DNA from: Paragordius varius
Lineage: Eukaryota > Animalia > Nematomorpha
Length of the DNA stretch: 64,000 bases
Direction of reading: 5' to 3'
Assembly: GCA_964247055.1 (NCBI GenBank)
Contig: OZ176051.1
Coordinates: 10,850,001-10,914,000, forward strand
Below, in pieces: positions 1 to 12,025 of this stretch. The translations under genes were made by a program, and so were the position numbers. Numbering within the stretch: position 1 is the stretch's first letter; the number at the start of each line of letters is the position of its first letter. Under the pieces are notes generated by a model. The model was not told the DNA's origin. It worked only from the letters and a program-made list of their open reading frames with translations, and searched no databases.

Positions 1-1242
1 TCGTGTTTGATTATGTCTTTTGAATAGGAAGAGTTTCTGGCCATTGTATTTTGATCGCCTATGAATGGAGATATTCAGTCATTAAAAATGGTAAAATATT
101 TAACAATTAATTGAAATAAAACAATATAAACCAGGGTTTATTCATTTTTTTGTTTCTTCCACTGCACGTTTTTTAAAATCGGGTCCCGTCAAAATGGTTT
201 TGGGTGATAGTTGTAAAAATTATACGGACAAAACGTAAAATATAAATTTTTTTTTCAAAAGACATTTTAAACTTAAATTTATCCTATAAAACTCATTTAT
301 ATACAGGCGTAAAATACTTAGATTTTGCTACCAATTTATACTTTATTTTGCGATTTATAACAATCAATTATATTTAAAATTAAACATATAAAAAGTATGG
401 TTATCTTTTAGAAAAAAATATTTGTCTTTATACTTTTACGTATTGTCCTAATAATTCAATTTTTAGTGTAGGTCCTTTTTCCCAAAATATCTGATTTCGT
501 GTATTTAGTCGTTTCATCAGCTACTTTTAAAATATTATAAAAAAAATTTCTAATGATAAATACAAATAGCTGCCTACAACATATCTTGATTATTATTATC
601 CTTTCTCATTTTTAGAAAAAGTCTTTTAAATTAAACATTATATATGATATGAGGGATATCAAGATAACATTGTTTCAAATATAATTTCCAAGATTATATT
701 TTACAACAGTTTAAAACAGCGGTTACGGGTAAAAAAATGATAAGGCACTTTCTCGACTTTTCTTATTGTTTCACACGGGAAAAAAGTCGTTTTGGTCCCA
801 ATTTTTGGATAATGCATTCATAATTTAAAAAGAATTTATTCTTTTGTGGAAACGTTGCCGCAGGAATTATTAAAAATGGATTTTGCCGTTAGCTTCTGGT
901 AGAAAACATATTTAATACAACTTATAATGTCCAAATTTTAAAATTTTATTTTTGGTTGGTTTTTTTGTCCTTTTTAAAAAGGGATGTAATATGTAAAAAA
1001 TTACATTTATTTATAAAAACATAGAAAAATGATAAAACATTTAAAACTAAATTAGGAATCGATCGATATTATTACAATCAACATATTTACCATTGTTATA
1101 ACACACCCATACATTTTATTAACAATAATGTATTTTGTTTAATGTAAACATATTGAAACTAATATTATCTAACTGGCAATCTCAATGTTGACCTTAACCA
1201 AGTTAAACAATATATTAAGTTACCGTTTAATAAGTAATAAGT

Positions 1243-2403
1243 ATGCAATGCCCAAATTTACTAGCTCTACTCAGAATATCGGAGGAATATTACAATCCTT
1301 CAAGCACTAATCAATATGTACGCAATGAAACATCTCTATTACAAAATCATTGCCCAAAGCACTGCATGGATTTACTAGCCAAATTATTGGGAGAATGGTT
1401 GAGATACATATCATATTGTCAGACCCACCGTAATACATTTTCCGAAAGTTTATTTGGAAATGTTACAATAGCCCTATCTGAAAGTTTACATTTTTACAAT
1501 ACGATCCAGTTGGATCTTGCTCTCCACAGTCTTTATCTTATGATCCGAGAATTACTCACCTATCGGACATATTTAATAAATGTCCTGAGCACGGAATCAA
1601 CGAAACTAAATAACACGTATATGTATATTTTTGTCCGCGAAAACCTAGCGCATGGTATTGAATATATAATGAGAAATGCTACTGCCTTGATTTTTCTCTT
1701 AGCCAAAACTCAATGGTTTATTGAGGAACGAGAGCTGCTGAGAGCCAAATCATTGGTGGTAGATTTATTAAGGCATAATTTTGTCACTCGTCATGGTTTA
1801 AGTCTATTACACATCGCTGTTAGTTCTTTTCCGTTTGCTGAAACGTTCGTTTGTAAGCATGCTATGCAGCATTTCATACAAAGGAATAAAAAGAAAAGGT
1901 CGCTAAATACTCATTGTGATCGAGTAGACAGTAACTCGGCAATTACCAATACAGACGATCCCAATTATCCAGTAACTGAACTAAATAATTATTCCACACA
2001 GCCGTTTTTCCCAAGTAATGAAACTACCACGCTATTACTGGAGTGTGGCGCAGATCCAAATTGTCAAGATAGGCTTGGAAATACACCATTACATCTCATT
2101 TCTATGGTGGAATGCTTTTGTGATAACCTTGATTTTTGCATAGCTCTAGCGGATAGTCATTTGACCCTAATAGAGTATGGAGCTCATATAGATGCCTTAA
2201 ACATTTTTAATTTGAATCCAATTCAAGTTAGTGCTACTGGGATTGCGGAGGGTATATTGGAATGTATTACACGTAATAAGCCACCAAGACTAGAATGCTT
2301 GGCATCAAAGGCCCTCTCATCAATTTGCAAAAATGAAAACAACAAATGTTCGAATGCAATGAATATCCCAAAACATCTAAAAACTTTGGTTAAAATACAT
2401 TGA
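1243..2403 (+). CDS. FEM1: FEM1-family ankyrin-repeat protein (CRL2 substrate receptor); C-terminal ~386 aa, probably the last exon of a gene starting upstream of the window
   Basis: The ORF carries FEM1 C-terminal signatures: GLSLLHIAV, LLLECGADPNCQDRLGNTPLHL, LIEYGAHIDALN and a VHL-box-like end RLECLASKAL...IPKHLKTLVKIH*. The N-terminal ankyrin repeats are absent and there is an in-frame TAA at 1231-1233. Confidence 0.8.
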   Translation: MQCPNLLALLRISEEYYNPSSTNQYVRNETSLLQNHCPKHCMDLLAKLLGEWLRYISYCQTHRNTFSESLFGNVTIALSESLHFYNTIQLDLALHSLYLMIRELLTYRTYLINVLSTESTKLNNTYMYIFVRENLAHGIEYIMRNATALIFLLAKTQWFIEERELLRAKSLVVDLLRHNFVTRHGLSLLHIAVSSFPFAETFVCKHAMQHFIQRNKKKRSLNTHCDRVDSNSAITNTDDPNYPVTELNNYSTQPFFPSNETTTLLLECGADPNCQDRLGNTPLHLISMVECFCDNLDFCIALADSHLTLIEYGAHIDALNIFNLNPIQVSATGIAEGILECITRNKPPRLECLASKALSSICKNENNKCSNAMNIPKHLKTLVKIH

Positions 2404-2543
2404 ACCTTTTGCTCTGATAATATGTCCATATTTTAATTATGTAGTTTTTCATGGTTTAAATAAAATCCTAATGTTTAGTGAAATCAAATATATAATTTTT
2501 ATAAACGCTTCTGCAAGCTGTATCTTTTATGGTAGGTTTAAAC

Positions 2544-2740
2544 CAGGGTTGTCCAACACAGATGTCGCGGCCGCATTTTCGACTCAAGATCCCGCGGGCC
2601 GCATTAGAAATATATATAGGCATACATAGGCAATTTATGATATTTTAAACATTAGAATGTAAAATGTAAAAAGAACATAGCAATTTATGTGAAATATTTA
2701 AAGTTAAATGTTTAAGGGTACGCCCACAGGACCCCTTTTA
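2544..2740. mobile_element. hAT (Charlie-like) MITE, truncated copy
   Basis: Starts CAGGGTTGTCCAACACA...GCGGCCGCATT...GCGGGCCGCATT, matching the family end seen at 28841, 34975, 44397, 58634 and 63254. No clear right end. Confidence 0.55.
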
Positions 2741-3423
2741 AATGCCATTTCAGTCATAATGTTTCATCTTTTTCGTATTATAGCGTCAACCTATACTAGA
2801 AACTAAAATTATTTTAAGTTAAATTTAAGTCGTTATACAAATACTTAATATCAATTTTAGTCAGACATAAAGTCTTATAATTTCTAAGGCATAAAGTCAC
2901 GATCAGGAATGCACTCATAACCGCTTCCCAACCCTCATATTATTCCTGGTTGTCCAATAAATTATTTTATAAATAAATTCCTATTGTGGTTTATAATTAT
3001 GTATATAATAATTCCTGATAATCTCGATGGATCAAATTCGCTAATAGGCCAGTAGTAAAACTTTTTTTATCCATTTCGCATACCTTATCAGATGATTAAA
3101 TCGGAACAATGCAGGGATCGATCTGACTAAAATTTGAATGTCATTCTTGTTCTTTATCACCAGCGTAGTTCATTCATTTGTGTTTGGGAGTGGTGTATAT
3201 GATGTCTTCTGTGTTTTTGAGGAAGACCTTTCAAGATAAATGTTTTTTAGGATATCGCCCCTATCTGAAACTTAATGGGATATTTCACATAAAATTCCAC
3301 TCTTTACAAATAAAATTATTTATATATACAAATTACAACACATTCTCTATGGGTACAATCTGAAAAATGTATATTTTTCGATGCGAAACTCTCCATCTTA
3401 CAGATTAACCAAATATTCTAGAT

Positions 3424-3750
3424 CAGTGCTCTATAGCATGCGGCCCTCTCCGAAGTATTTTATGTGAACCGGTAAAAATTTGGAAACCTTGCATATAAAT
3501 ACAAAATTCCACAATTTGTAAAAACGTGTTATTTACAATATAATAATAATCTGTAATAAATAATTCTGAATAAATCTTTCCAAAATTCGGGAACGGACTA
3601 GCAAAAATTGGTGAGTAGTGATCGTAAATTTTTTATATTATCATGATTAAAATCTCATAAATATGATTAATGATCATGCTATTTTTGAAAGGGGCCCGTC
3701 CGATTCTAAGTTGAAAATTCGGCTCGCTAAGCAATTTGTAGGGCCTCTCT
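3424..3750. mobile_element. hAT-like MITE, degenerate
   Basis: TTCTAGAT precedes CAGTGCTCTATAGCATGCGGCCC. The right part has GGGGCCCG...GTAGGGCCTCT. TCTAGA is the Charlie-type target preference. Confidence 0.35.
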
Positions 3751-3894
3751 ATTCAAGATACTATTTTTTATTGATTAACACAATGTCCATGATCCACCAA
3801 TTCAAATCCAAATATTGCTTGCGATAACTCCGACTTATTATTGTATATTTATTAGGCTTCTAGGAAATAGCCTGCACCGCTGCACAAATATATA

Positions 3895-5098
3895 CACTGT
3901 GTGCAAAAAAGGGTCATTTTGATTTAACGAAAAACTTTTTTTCATGATAGCTTATGACCAGTGAATTTATTTGCCGCAAAAAATATTATTTGTTGACAAC
4001 CTAGTTTTTGAAATATTGAGAGAAAATCCAAAAAGTGAAAATTAAAGATAATTCAAAAAATAATGATAAAATTTGAGATATTATGGTTTATTATCATTTT
4101 AGGATATATTTTCAATATATAAATAGCCTAAAATCATAGTTAGGGTTTCCATAAAATTTCCTCAAAAAATGGCGTTTTTCTTTTAACCCACTCACAAGAC
4201 AAATTTTTTTTTATAAAAATATATTAAAATTATTTTTTTTAATTATTTACTTGCTAAACTCATTATTAAAATCTTAACATCCATATTTATTCAGTAAAAA
4301 ACTTATATATCAAAATAAAAATTATTGTTTTTTATTTTTACATTTTTTTGTCATCTGGTTTGTGAGTTAATTAATTTAAACCGTTTTATTTTGGAATCTT
4401 ATATAGGGTGCGAATTATAAAGTAATAATTTATGCAAAATAGGATTTAATTTAGTGGAATATCAACCAACAATCCGTACAAATCCCAATACAACTATTAA
4501 TTCATAAAACAGACTTGTTACAGGGATTCGTAGAAAATGTTGGATGATATTTCATACTTTTCCTATTTCAATTATATTAATGATTCCCACTCATGTAAGA
4601 ATTCAAAATAAATCAGTATAAACTTTTTATACACTCATAAACCAGATGACAAAAAATGCGAAAAAAAATATATTTTTGGTTTAATTTGATATATAAGTAT
4701 TTTTTACTGAATAAAATATGAATGTTAAGATTTTCATAGTGAGGGTAGTAAATAATTGAAAAAAAATATTTAATATAGTTCATTAAATTTTTTTTGTCTA
4801 TTAAGCGTGATAAAAGAAAAACGCCATCTTTTGAGCTGAAATTTTATAGAAACCCTAACCATATGATTTTAGGCTATTTATATATTGAAAATATCTCCTA
4901 AAATAATAATCCATAATATCTCATATTTATCATTATTTTTTAAATAATCCTTAATTTTCACTTTTTGTCCGATTTCGATTTTCTCACAATATTTTAAATT
5001 AGGTCAACAAACAAAAATTTTTGCGGTAAATGAATACGCTGGTCATAAGCTATCTCATGAAAAAAAAATTTTTGTTAAAAATTATTTTGCACACAGTA
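3895..5098. mobile_element. ~1.2 kb fully palindromic (foldback) Tc1/mariner-type non-autonomous element, copy 1
   Basis: Ends are TA-CACTGTGTGCAAAA and TTTTGCACACAGT(A)-TA. The left and right halves are reverse complements almost to the centre (~4480-4520), and the element is homologous to 40164-41362 and 60422-61306. Confidence 0.85.
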
Positions 5099-5299
5099 TA
5101 TATTTATGGACGGGCTCCATTTAACGGGATGGAAATACTCGCAATTCCCATTTTTTTTAATTATTTTTATCCATTATGAGCTTTTTAAGAAAAACCACTT
5201 TTTTATACCTCTCACCCTCTTAGGGGTAACAGTCCGCCAAAATTAGTTACATAAAATTTTGTTAAAAGATATTTGTTTGATGCAATTTCAGCTGCTGAC

Positions 5300-5790
5300 C
5301 ATCAGAGGAATCTGAGTTTGTAACATTGCCTCTACGTAAAGTTACACCTGGTTACAATTTTCTCCTTTTGATTCAAATACTCTATCATAGATTCCCCGTG
5401 GCTCAGATGTAGAATTAAAATCCTAAACTATATGTTATCAATTTGAACAATATCTTCTATCCATCAGGCAAAATTATTTAACCTATAAAGATTAAGAATA
5501 TTCCTTACTCTCTCTCATCAGTCGGGTTCGATCAGATATACTTTTAGAATCCTATCAAGTTAGCTACTCTCCAAATTTGTAGCTGGTGTTTTACGATTTA
5601 TTTGGATGACTGTGTGCCAGATATAAAAGCTTATGACCAGAATCGAAATACACCAATGATATAATTCATTTGTAAATAATTGTCCAGGCCTGGCAGATTG
5701 TATGTCTAACAAACATACTTGCAACTAATAAGATGACAATAAAAAATTATAAAAGCTATATGCAAATCTTCCTAAGATTGTGTTAGACAA
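5300..5790 (+). pseudogene. Possible decayed FEM1-like paralogue fragment
   Basis: Across stops and frameshifts it reads FVT..LHLVTIFSF, YLDDCVPDIKAYDQNRNTP, CPGLAD and KAICK. These are colinear with FVT..LLHIAVSSFPF, LLLECGADPNCQDRLGNTP, CIALAD and KALSSICK in the upstream FEM1 ORF. Confidence 0.4.
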
Positions 5791-6266
5791 AATTTATTTA
5801 TAATGCCCGAATGTTTCAATAAGTTTGTTCTAAATCGGAAAACTTTAAAAATCAACCCAATAACAAAATAATAATAAAATAACAAATTATTATTCTGTGA
5901 AAAATTTCATTTGGTGAAATAGAGTAGAACGCTGGAGTTTAATGATTATTTTCCAACCCGAGGGCCAATCAAAATTTAAGATTTACCCAAATGCAAGAGT
6001 GGTTTCTTGTTTTATAAATTAGAGGATAGGATAGGCACAGCATTTTATTCGATTGCTAGGTATCGTATCGGGTAGGCTAATGAAATTTTTACAAACATAA
6101 AAATCCTGAATAAAGAATTTATAAAATATATTTAGATATTAATATTTTTTAAATTAAAAATGTTAACTAACATTTATTCAAATTGACAAATTTTAACACT
6201 GCATCAACCCTAAAATCTAATACTACATCTAATATAAGGACCTAAAAATTAATAATGGTAGTTAAA

Positions 6267-9200
6267 TTATTTTTGTTGTGGTTTGCAGTAATCTTCAGGG
6301 TTTGCTTTTTCATCTTGTGGCAACAAAAAGATCTCGTTGTGACGCCACATCATTTGAGATGGTCTGAATTAAATAAAATAAAATAGTTAAAAAGTTTAAT
6401 GATAATACTTTCTTTTAAGGCAGGTATTAAACTTTTAAAGCAAGATTTTTTCTTTACATATGTAGTATCAGTTTTACTATTCTATATTGATTATATTTGT
6501 TGTGCAAATACAATTATAAATGTTTTGCAAACTACTGTTTTATATTTACGATTTGGTTTGAATTATGAAAAATATTACTTGTTATACGTAGCGGCAACAC
6601 ATCCAGCCGACTCATTTAGATTTTGTCCATATTCATCTTTGAGAAGACTCATGAATTTTTTGGTTTTAGGCGCCCAAAGTGAGTTCAGTACAAAGCCCCC
6701 AAACTTCTTAACATAAACCACCATTTCAGGTGAGGACTTTATCACTACCTATATTAATAAAAAATGGTTTTCAAATGAATACTTTTTGCTTCTCCTTATA
6801 TATTTTTAGGGAAACGGTAATTTTTAAAAGCTAACTCACATCTTTATTTGTTGGTTGGGGTGGATTTGATGCAAATTCTTTAGGCAAATAAAATTTCATT
6901 GAAACTTTTTTCTTCATGCCGTGATATTGATTTCCAGGACCTTCTTTAGGCCCATCACCCTGTCCTCCATCCTTTTTGGAAACATGTACCAAAACTGGAA
7001 CAGTCATGTTTATCATTTTTTCTATATATTAAACAAAATACCATTGATAACTTTTATTATCCTACTGAGCAAGGTGTTTTCTAGATTTAAGCGAAACGTA
7101 CATTTTAACACCCCTTAACCTGCCCCCAAAATTAATGTGATCTTTAAGTTTCCGCAAAGTTCAGAACTAATTTACAATTTATTTTCTTTTTGTAATTTAA
7201 AATTACTACTTCGCGATTTTGTTTAAAAAAAATATGTATGGACAAATACAAACTTTGATCATTTGCCCCATTTATGTACATAAAGAGTCGATTAAAAGCA
7301 GCTTCGGAAGGGTCGCTATTTCCCTGTTCTTGAGCCGCTATCGGGTCCCATTTCATTTCAGTCTTCACCCATTTTGCCGGTTCGTATTTTCGGACTTCGT
7401 AAAGCGTATTTTTGCATAAAACTTTGAATGCCGGACATTCATAGTGACAACAAAAATCGGGCTTTTTCTGTCCCGTATTTTCACTTTGTACACAAGTTAT
7501 ATGTTAATTTAATTTATGTAACAAAAATGATATTTATTGGATTATTTATATGCCTAAGAAATATTTCATGAATGTTTCGAGGTAATTGTAAAAAATTTTT
7601 TGGGTATGTTAGTAGCTAGTGGTAGGCATGATGGTATAGTATGTGGGGCGCGGGCTCTTACACTGCGTGCTTGAGTTCGAATCAAAACTAGCAATTTTTC
7701 CATCAACACTCTTAGCCCTGGGCAAGCAAGTGTTAAAGCCTTCACAAGTCCGGATACAATTTAAGTCCTTACCCTTTAAAAAAGGACTGGAAGCTAGTCA
7801 GACTAATATAGATGTATTGCAGAATAAAATTTTGAAATACATGTTTTACTTAATTGAAGTTACGTAGAAGAGTGGTTTAAAACCAAATTTTTCATTGAAA
7901 ATTTGATTTTTTATATAATTCTTTTTAAATAAATTTAGACACCATTGAAATTCGATCAGGTATTTTTGTTTGGTTTAGTCACAAATATATTACTATGGTT
8001 ATGAGGTTTGCTTATTACCATGAATAACTGCCTTCATACGCGATCAGACGGGTTAATTTTTAATCAGTCAAAATCCATATTTATATAAATATTTAGATTT
8101 ATAATGCGGCATTTCAAAGTTTTAACGATTGGGTAAATATATTAACTATTTTGATGACAAAATTTTGCAAACTTAAAAAACATAAAGTACGCATTAATAT
8201 TTTGTAACTTATCTACAAAATTTAATCTGTTACATTGGATTAAGGATTTAAATATGCATACTCGGTAATCCATTCGTAATCCGGTTTGTCGTCATACATA
8301 GTAGAAACGAAACGGACAATATGATTAAAGATGGGATTTTTCATAGCTTCTTTTTCTGTCATATAATCGATATCATCATCTTTGTGTCCTTTGTGGTGTT
8401 TTCCTATTGTTACGTAATACATATATCTTAGTTAAATTTTTTGTTTTTTTATCAAACAGAATTGTTATTAGATATTAAAAAAATTCCAAAAGTGTTAATT
8501 AATGATAAACCCCATGAAATGTAATATTGTTTAAACTGTACATCAGTTTGATTGAGGATTACAGTTTAATCTCATAATCCCTTTTATAAACAAACAATTT
8601 ACGATTTTAAATGATAAACCAAATCTATATGTTCCACACGCAAAGCCAAGTTAAACAATAATAATTTGAATATTCTCTTTTAAGTTTGAATTCGAACGGG
8701 TGATTAGCAAAATTACTTCACAAATAGCAATATAATTACAACCAATTTATTTTCATATAGATTTTGTTTAATAATTAGAAATTGATGGTATATCCAATCT
8801 GATCTGATTAAATTTAAAATAAGCCGTCTTAATATCCTTGATTTATTCAATTAAACAAGCACAGTAGGGATGAACGGGAAGAAACCGATTTTAAGTTATA
8901 GCCGGTTTTTACGGACTCAGCTAAAATAAAACGAAAACTCACATGATGCAAATATGCCCCAGAACGATTATGGTATGAGGATCATTAGATATTAGGCATA
9001 TATTGGTACTTATTTTAAGTCATATACAATTATATTTCAAATCTGCAACCTATATATAATTAGTGGCATAAGATAATCTTAATTGCATCTGGACCATTGT
9101 TATCAATTTATATGAAGGAATGACAGATTGTATGCTATATCATCTCACCAAGATAATTTAACGATTTGAAGGATAAAATTAAAATAGTTTTAAAGAATTA

Positions 9201-10761
9201 ACATATGCGAAATCCTTGTGTTTATTCCAAATTAAGATTTCGTTATCAAAGATTTTAATTTATTTTGTTTTTAAGTAGTTTCAAATTAATAGATAAAAGC
9301 GTAGGCAATTTGATTTAAATAAAACTTAAAACACTGTTATTTGGTATGATTCATATGTTATAAAGTAAATTTCGTAAATGATATCCATAATTGAATTGTA
9401 TATTAGTAAAGGTTAAATTTTACTCCACTCTTTACGAAAATTTATCGAATGACAATAAAGACAAATATAATAAAAGTCAAATCTGTATAAGACTTCCACT
9501 GTCATGGTTTTTTTGCGGGTATATCAGTTAGTCAGTTACCTTAACCATAAATAGCATAAAAATAACATTATATTGGTTGCTTTTTGTTAGTATTAAATCT
9601 TCATTACATTTTTATTTTTTTGCCCGCGATGGTATGTTGGGGGTAGTTTTCGACCCCAGTGCTTAAAGTAGTATACAGCGTCTGTTTTAAAAGTTGTTTT
9701 GGTTAAAATTCAATTATCACACCCTAATCTCCTGCATTATATAAACATAAAATTTTAGCATCTAGAGTTCCACGCTTCAAACACGATTGAAACGAACAGC
9801 TGATATTAAAATCAATAGATATCAAAAATTTGCTGGTAAATTGTAATAAAAGCATTTATATATTTCATATAATAATGTTTAATTGCGTGTTGTTTTCACG
9901 ATCTAAAAAAAATTAAAAAAAATGCCGACGAAAACGCTTGAGATAATTTTTTTACAATTTTACATTTTTTTGAAAAAAATTGTATCATGCGTTTAAAAGG
10001 CTAGAGAAAGCATATTATTAAATTTAATGCTGAAAATATTTTTTAAGATATTAAAATTATGAATGACCCTAGGGTAGAAACCTCATGTTTACTATCTTGC
10101 CCAGGGCTGATAGCGATGAAATTGAAATAAAAATGCATAGTTTTGGATAGCACAGTAAAATTGAAATTATACGGATAAAAATGTTTTTTTCGAAAGACCG
10201 TGCTTTTTAAACCGGTTTTTTTTAACATAACTAATCCTTTAATAATTCTTGGTATAAAGATATGTAATCAATAACACAATGATTCTGTATTTTTCAATTG
10301 TATTGGAAAAATCAAGGTTTAAAAAAGCATGGTTGTCTTTTGATAAAAATATTTATCTTTATATTTTTACGTTAGAAATCGTAAAAAACCAAAGTTAACT
10401 CGCCCCCCCCAAGGATCTGGCATCGATGTTGGAAGCAACACAGTTTCATGATTCAAATACATACATATATATATATATAAATAATACACGAGTAATTTTT
10501 TTCCGTTATGAAAATTTTCATAATTATATTACCATGTTTATGTGGTTTATCAGGAGATTCGGATTTTGCCTTGTCTTTATCTTTTCCATCTTTGGATTTA
10601 TCCTTTTTTTCATTTTCCTTTTCCTTTTCCTCATCATCGTCGTCGTCATCGTCATCTTTCTTGTCCTTTTTGGGGGCGCAGTTCAATTCTTGAATAATTA
10701 ACACGAGGACGGTTATGTAAATAAGGAGGTGAGATATGCGTTTAACACGTACCAACAACAT
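6267..10761 (-). CDS. Secreted SOUL/haem-binding (HEBP-like) protein, 6 exons, 349 aa
   Basis: Exons 10761-10533, 8403-8262, 7483-7254, 7021-6840, 6748-6579 and 6363-6267 are all GT-AG and phase-compatible (1050 nt). SOUL motifs: PDFCCHYECPAFKV..YEVRKYEPAKWV, AFNRLFMYINGAN, INMTVPV, MKFYLPKEF..NPPQPTNKDV, VYVKKFGGF, RHNEI. The N-terminus is hydrophobic and signal-peptide-like. Confidence 0.88.
7622..7800 (+). mobile_element. tRNA-derived SINE-like repeat, in intron 2 of the SOUL gene
   Basis: Pol III A-box-like TGGTATAGTATG (~7631) and B-box GAGTTCGAATC (~7672) are followed by a body containing AGCCCTGGGCAAG. The body recurs inverted at ~10070-10150. Confidence 0.5.
10065..10150 (-). repeat. 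Partial copy of the SINE-like body
   Basis: The reverse complement AAAACTATGCATTTT..CAATTTCATCGCTATCAGCCCTGGGCAAGATAGTAAA aligns to 7683-7740. No tRNA-like head. Confidence 0.45.
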
Positions 10762-11764
10762 TTTGTCTTTGGATCGATTTTAGACAATCAATGCACACCC
10801 GTTATAGAAAAAAGATGAAAATGTATAAAAAAAATTTTTCGGGAGGAGAAGAGATTAAATATTATTTTACAATGTATGAAAAAAGATAAAATATGACTAA
10901 TGTGGTGAATTGATGTTCCAATGATAAAAAAATTTAGATAAAATATATATGTGGTTTTATCGTCACTCACACACTCAGTTATGTTTTTCTAACATTATCC
11001 AAGAAAATGTGTGCCAAAAAATTAGCAGAGATAATGCTTAAAATATAAAATAAAATTAGAAATTTTAAGTAAACTGTGGGAAATATAAAAGTCTACAAAA
11101 TAGACAGACAGCTAAAAAACTGTTTAATATATCAAACACAACTAACTCATGCGTTATTGAAGCTGTAAAAAAATATTTAATTATTCGAAATAAAAAACTA
11201 AAGAAAGGTAAATGAATCAATCGAATCTGTCAAAGAAGATCTACATGTGCGCTTGTGCGATCTTATTCAAAGCAAAACGGTTAACTTTAGCTATTTTTTC
11301 AGTGAGAATTCTACGGTAGTTTTGATTTGCATTATGCAATAATCAAACAAGACTGTCATTTTATTGTAGTATGGGAGAAGTTAATTCAAATATATCGATA
11401 ATTAATTACAATATTAATTTTTTACAAGGGCATTATTGCACCATAATATATGTTGATACTTAACCACATATAAAATCTTAATTTTTTGATTTAAAAATTT
11501 TGTATTTTTACATAATGTATTCACATGGCTTTCTTTATATTTTCATTAAAAAATTCAGTTATGTGATTTATGAGATTTTTGATCTCTCAAAAATACGTAG
11601 CATTGTTTCAGCAATGAAAAGCTTGTAATAAATAAGATCATTAATTAAACCAATAATAAATATGCCTGCCTTCATATATGATATTATAAAGGTAAATTTA
11701 AACAGATATTATTAGTAAAATTTAAATAATATTTTTCCATAATATAAAAACTTCTTCACCTTTT

Positions 11765-12025
11765 ATGGATAGTTTTTCGTATAAATTGGAAGAGGAATGG
11801 TTCCTGAGCAATAGGAACCGAAACTGGTTGTTTCCTAAATCATGTAAAGATCCCGCCTGTTCTTTATATTTGGAACCGGTTATATTTTTGTTCCTGACTT
11901 TTCATTCATTAAATGATTTTCATACAACATTTTTATTACAATATAAACCAAATATCAACAATCGTAAATCCAAACTATTCGAAAAATTAAATAGCCTAAT
12001 GTATAATAAGTGCAATGGTAGGTAA
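11765..12025 (+). CDS. Possible exon or small ORF of unknown function (86 aa)
   Basis: ATG-initiated ORF with a less AT-biased 5' half and a strong donor-like site AATG|GTAGGT at ~12019. No motif recognised and no convincing downstream exon chain. Confidence 0.22.
   Translation: MDSFSYKLEEEWFLSNRNRNWLFPKSCKDPACSLYLEPVIFLFLTFHSLNDFHTTFLLQYKPNINNRKSKLFEKLNSLMYNKCNGR

Noticed and set aside
7622-7695. Intact tRNA gene
   Set aside because: A/B boxes are present but I could not pair an acceptor stem or a convincing cloverleaf, and the sequence runs into a repeated body, so it is treated as a SINE head.
10426-10701. Hydrophobic + strand ORFs 10426-10701 and 10508-10693
   Set aside because: They are antisense shadows of the D/E/K-rich first exon of the SOUL gene.
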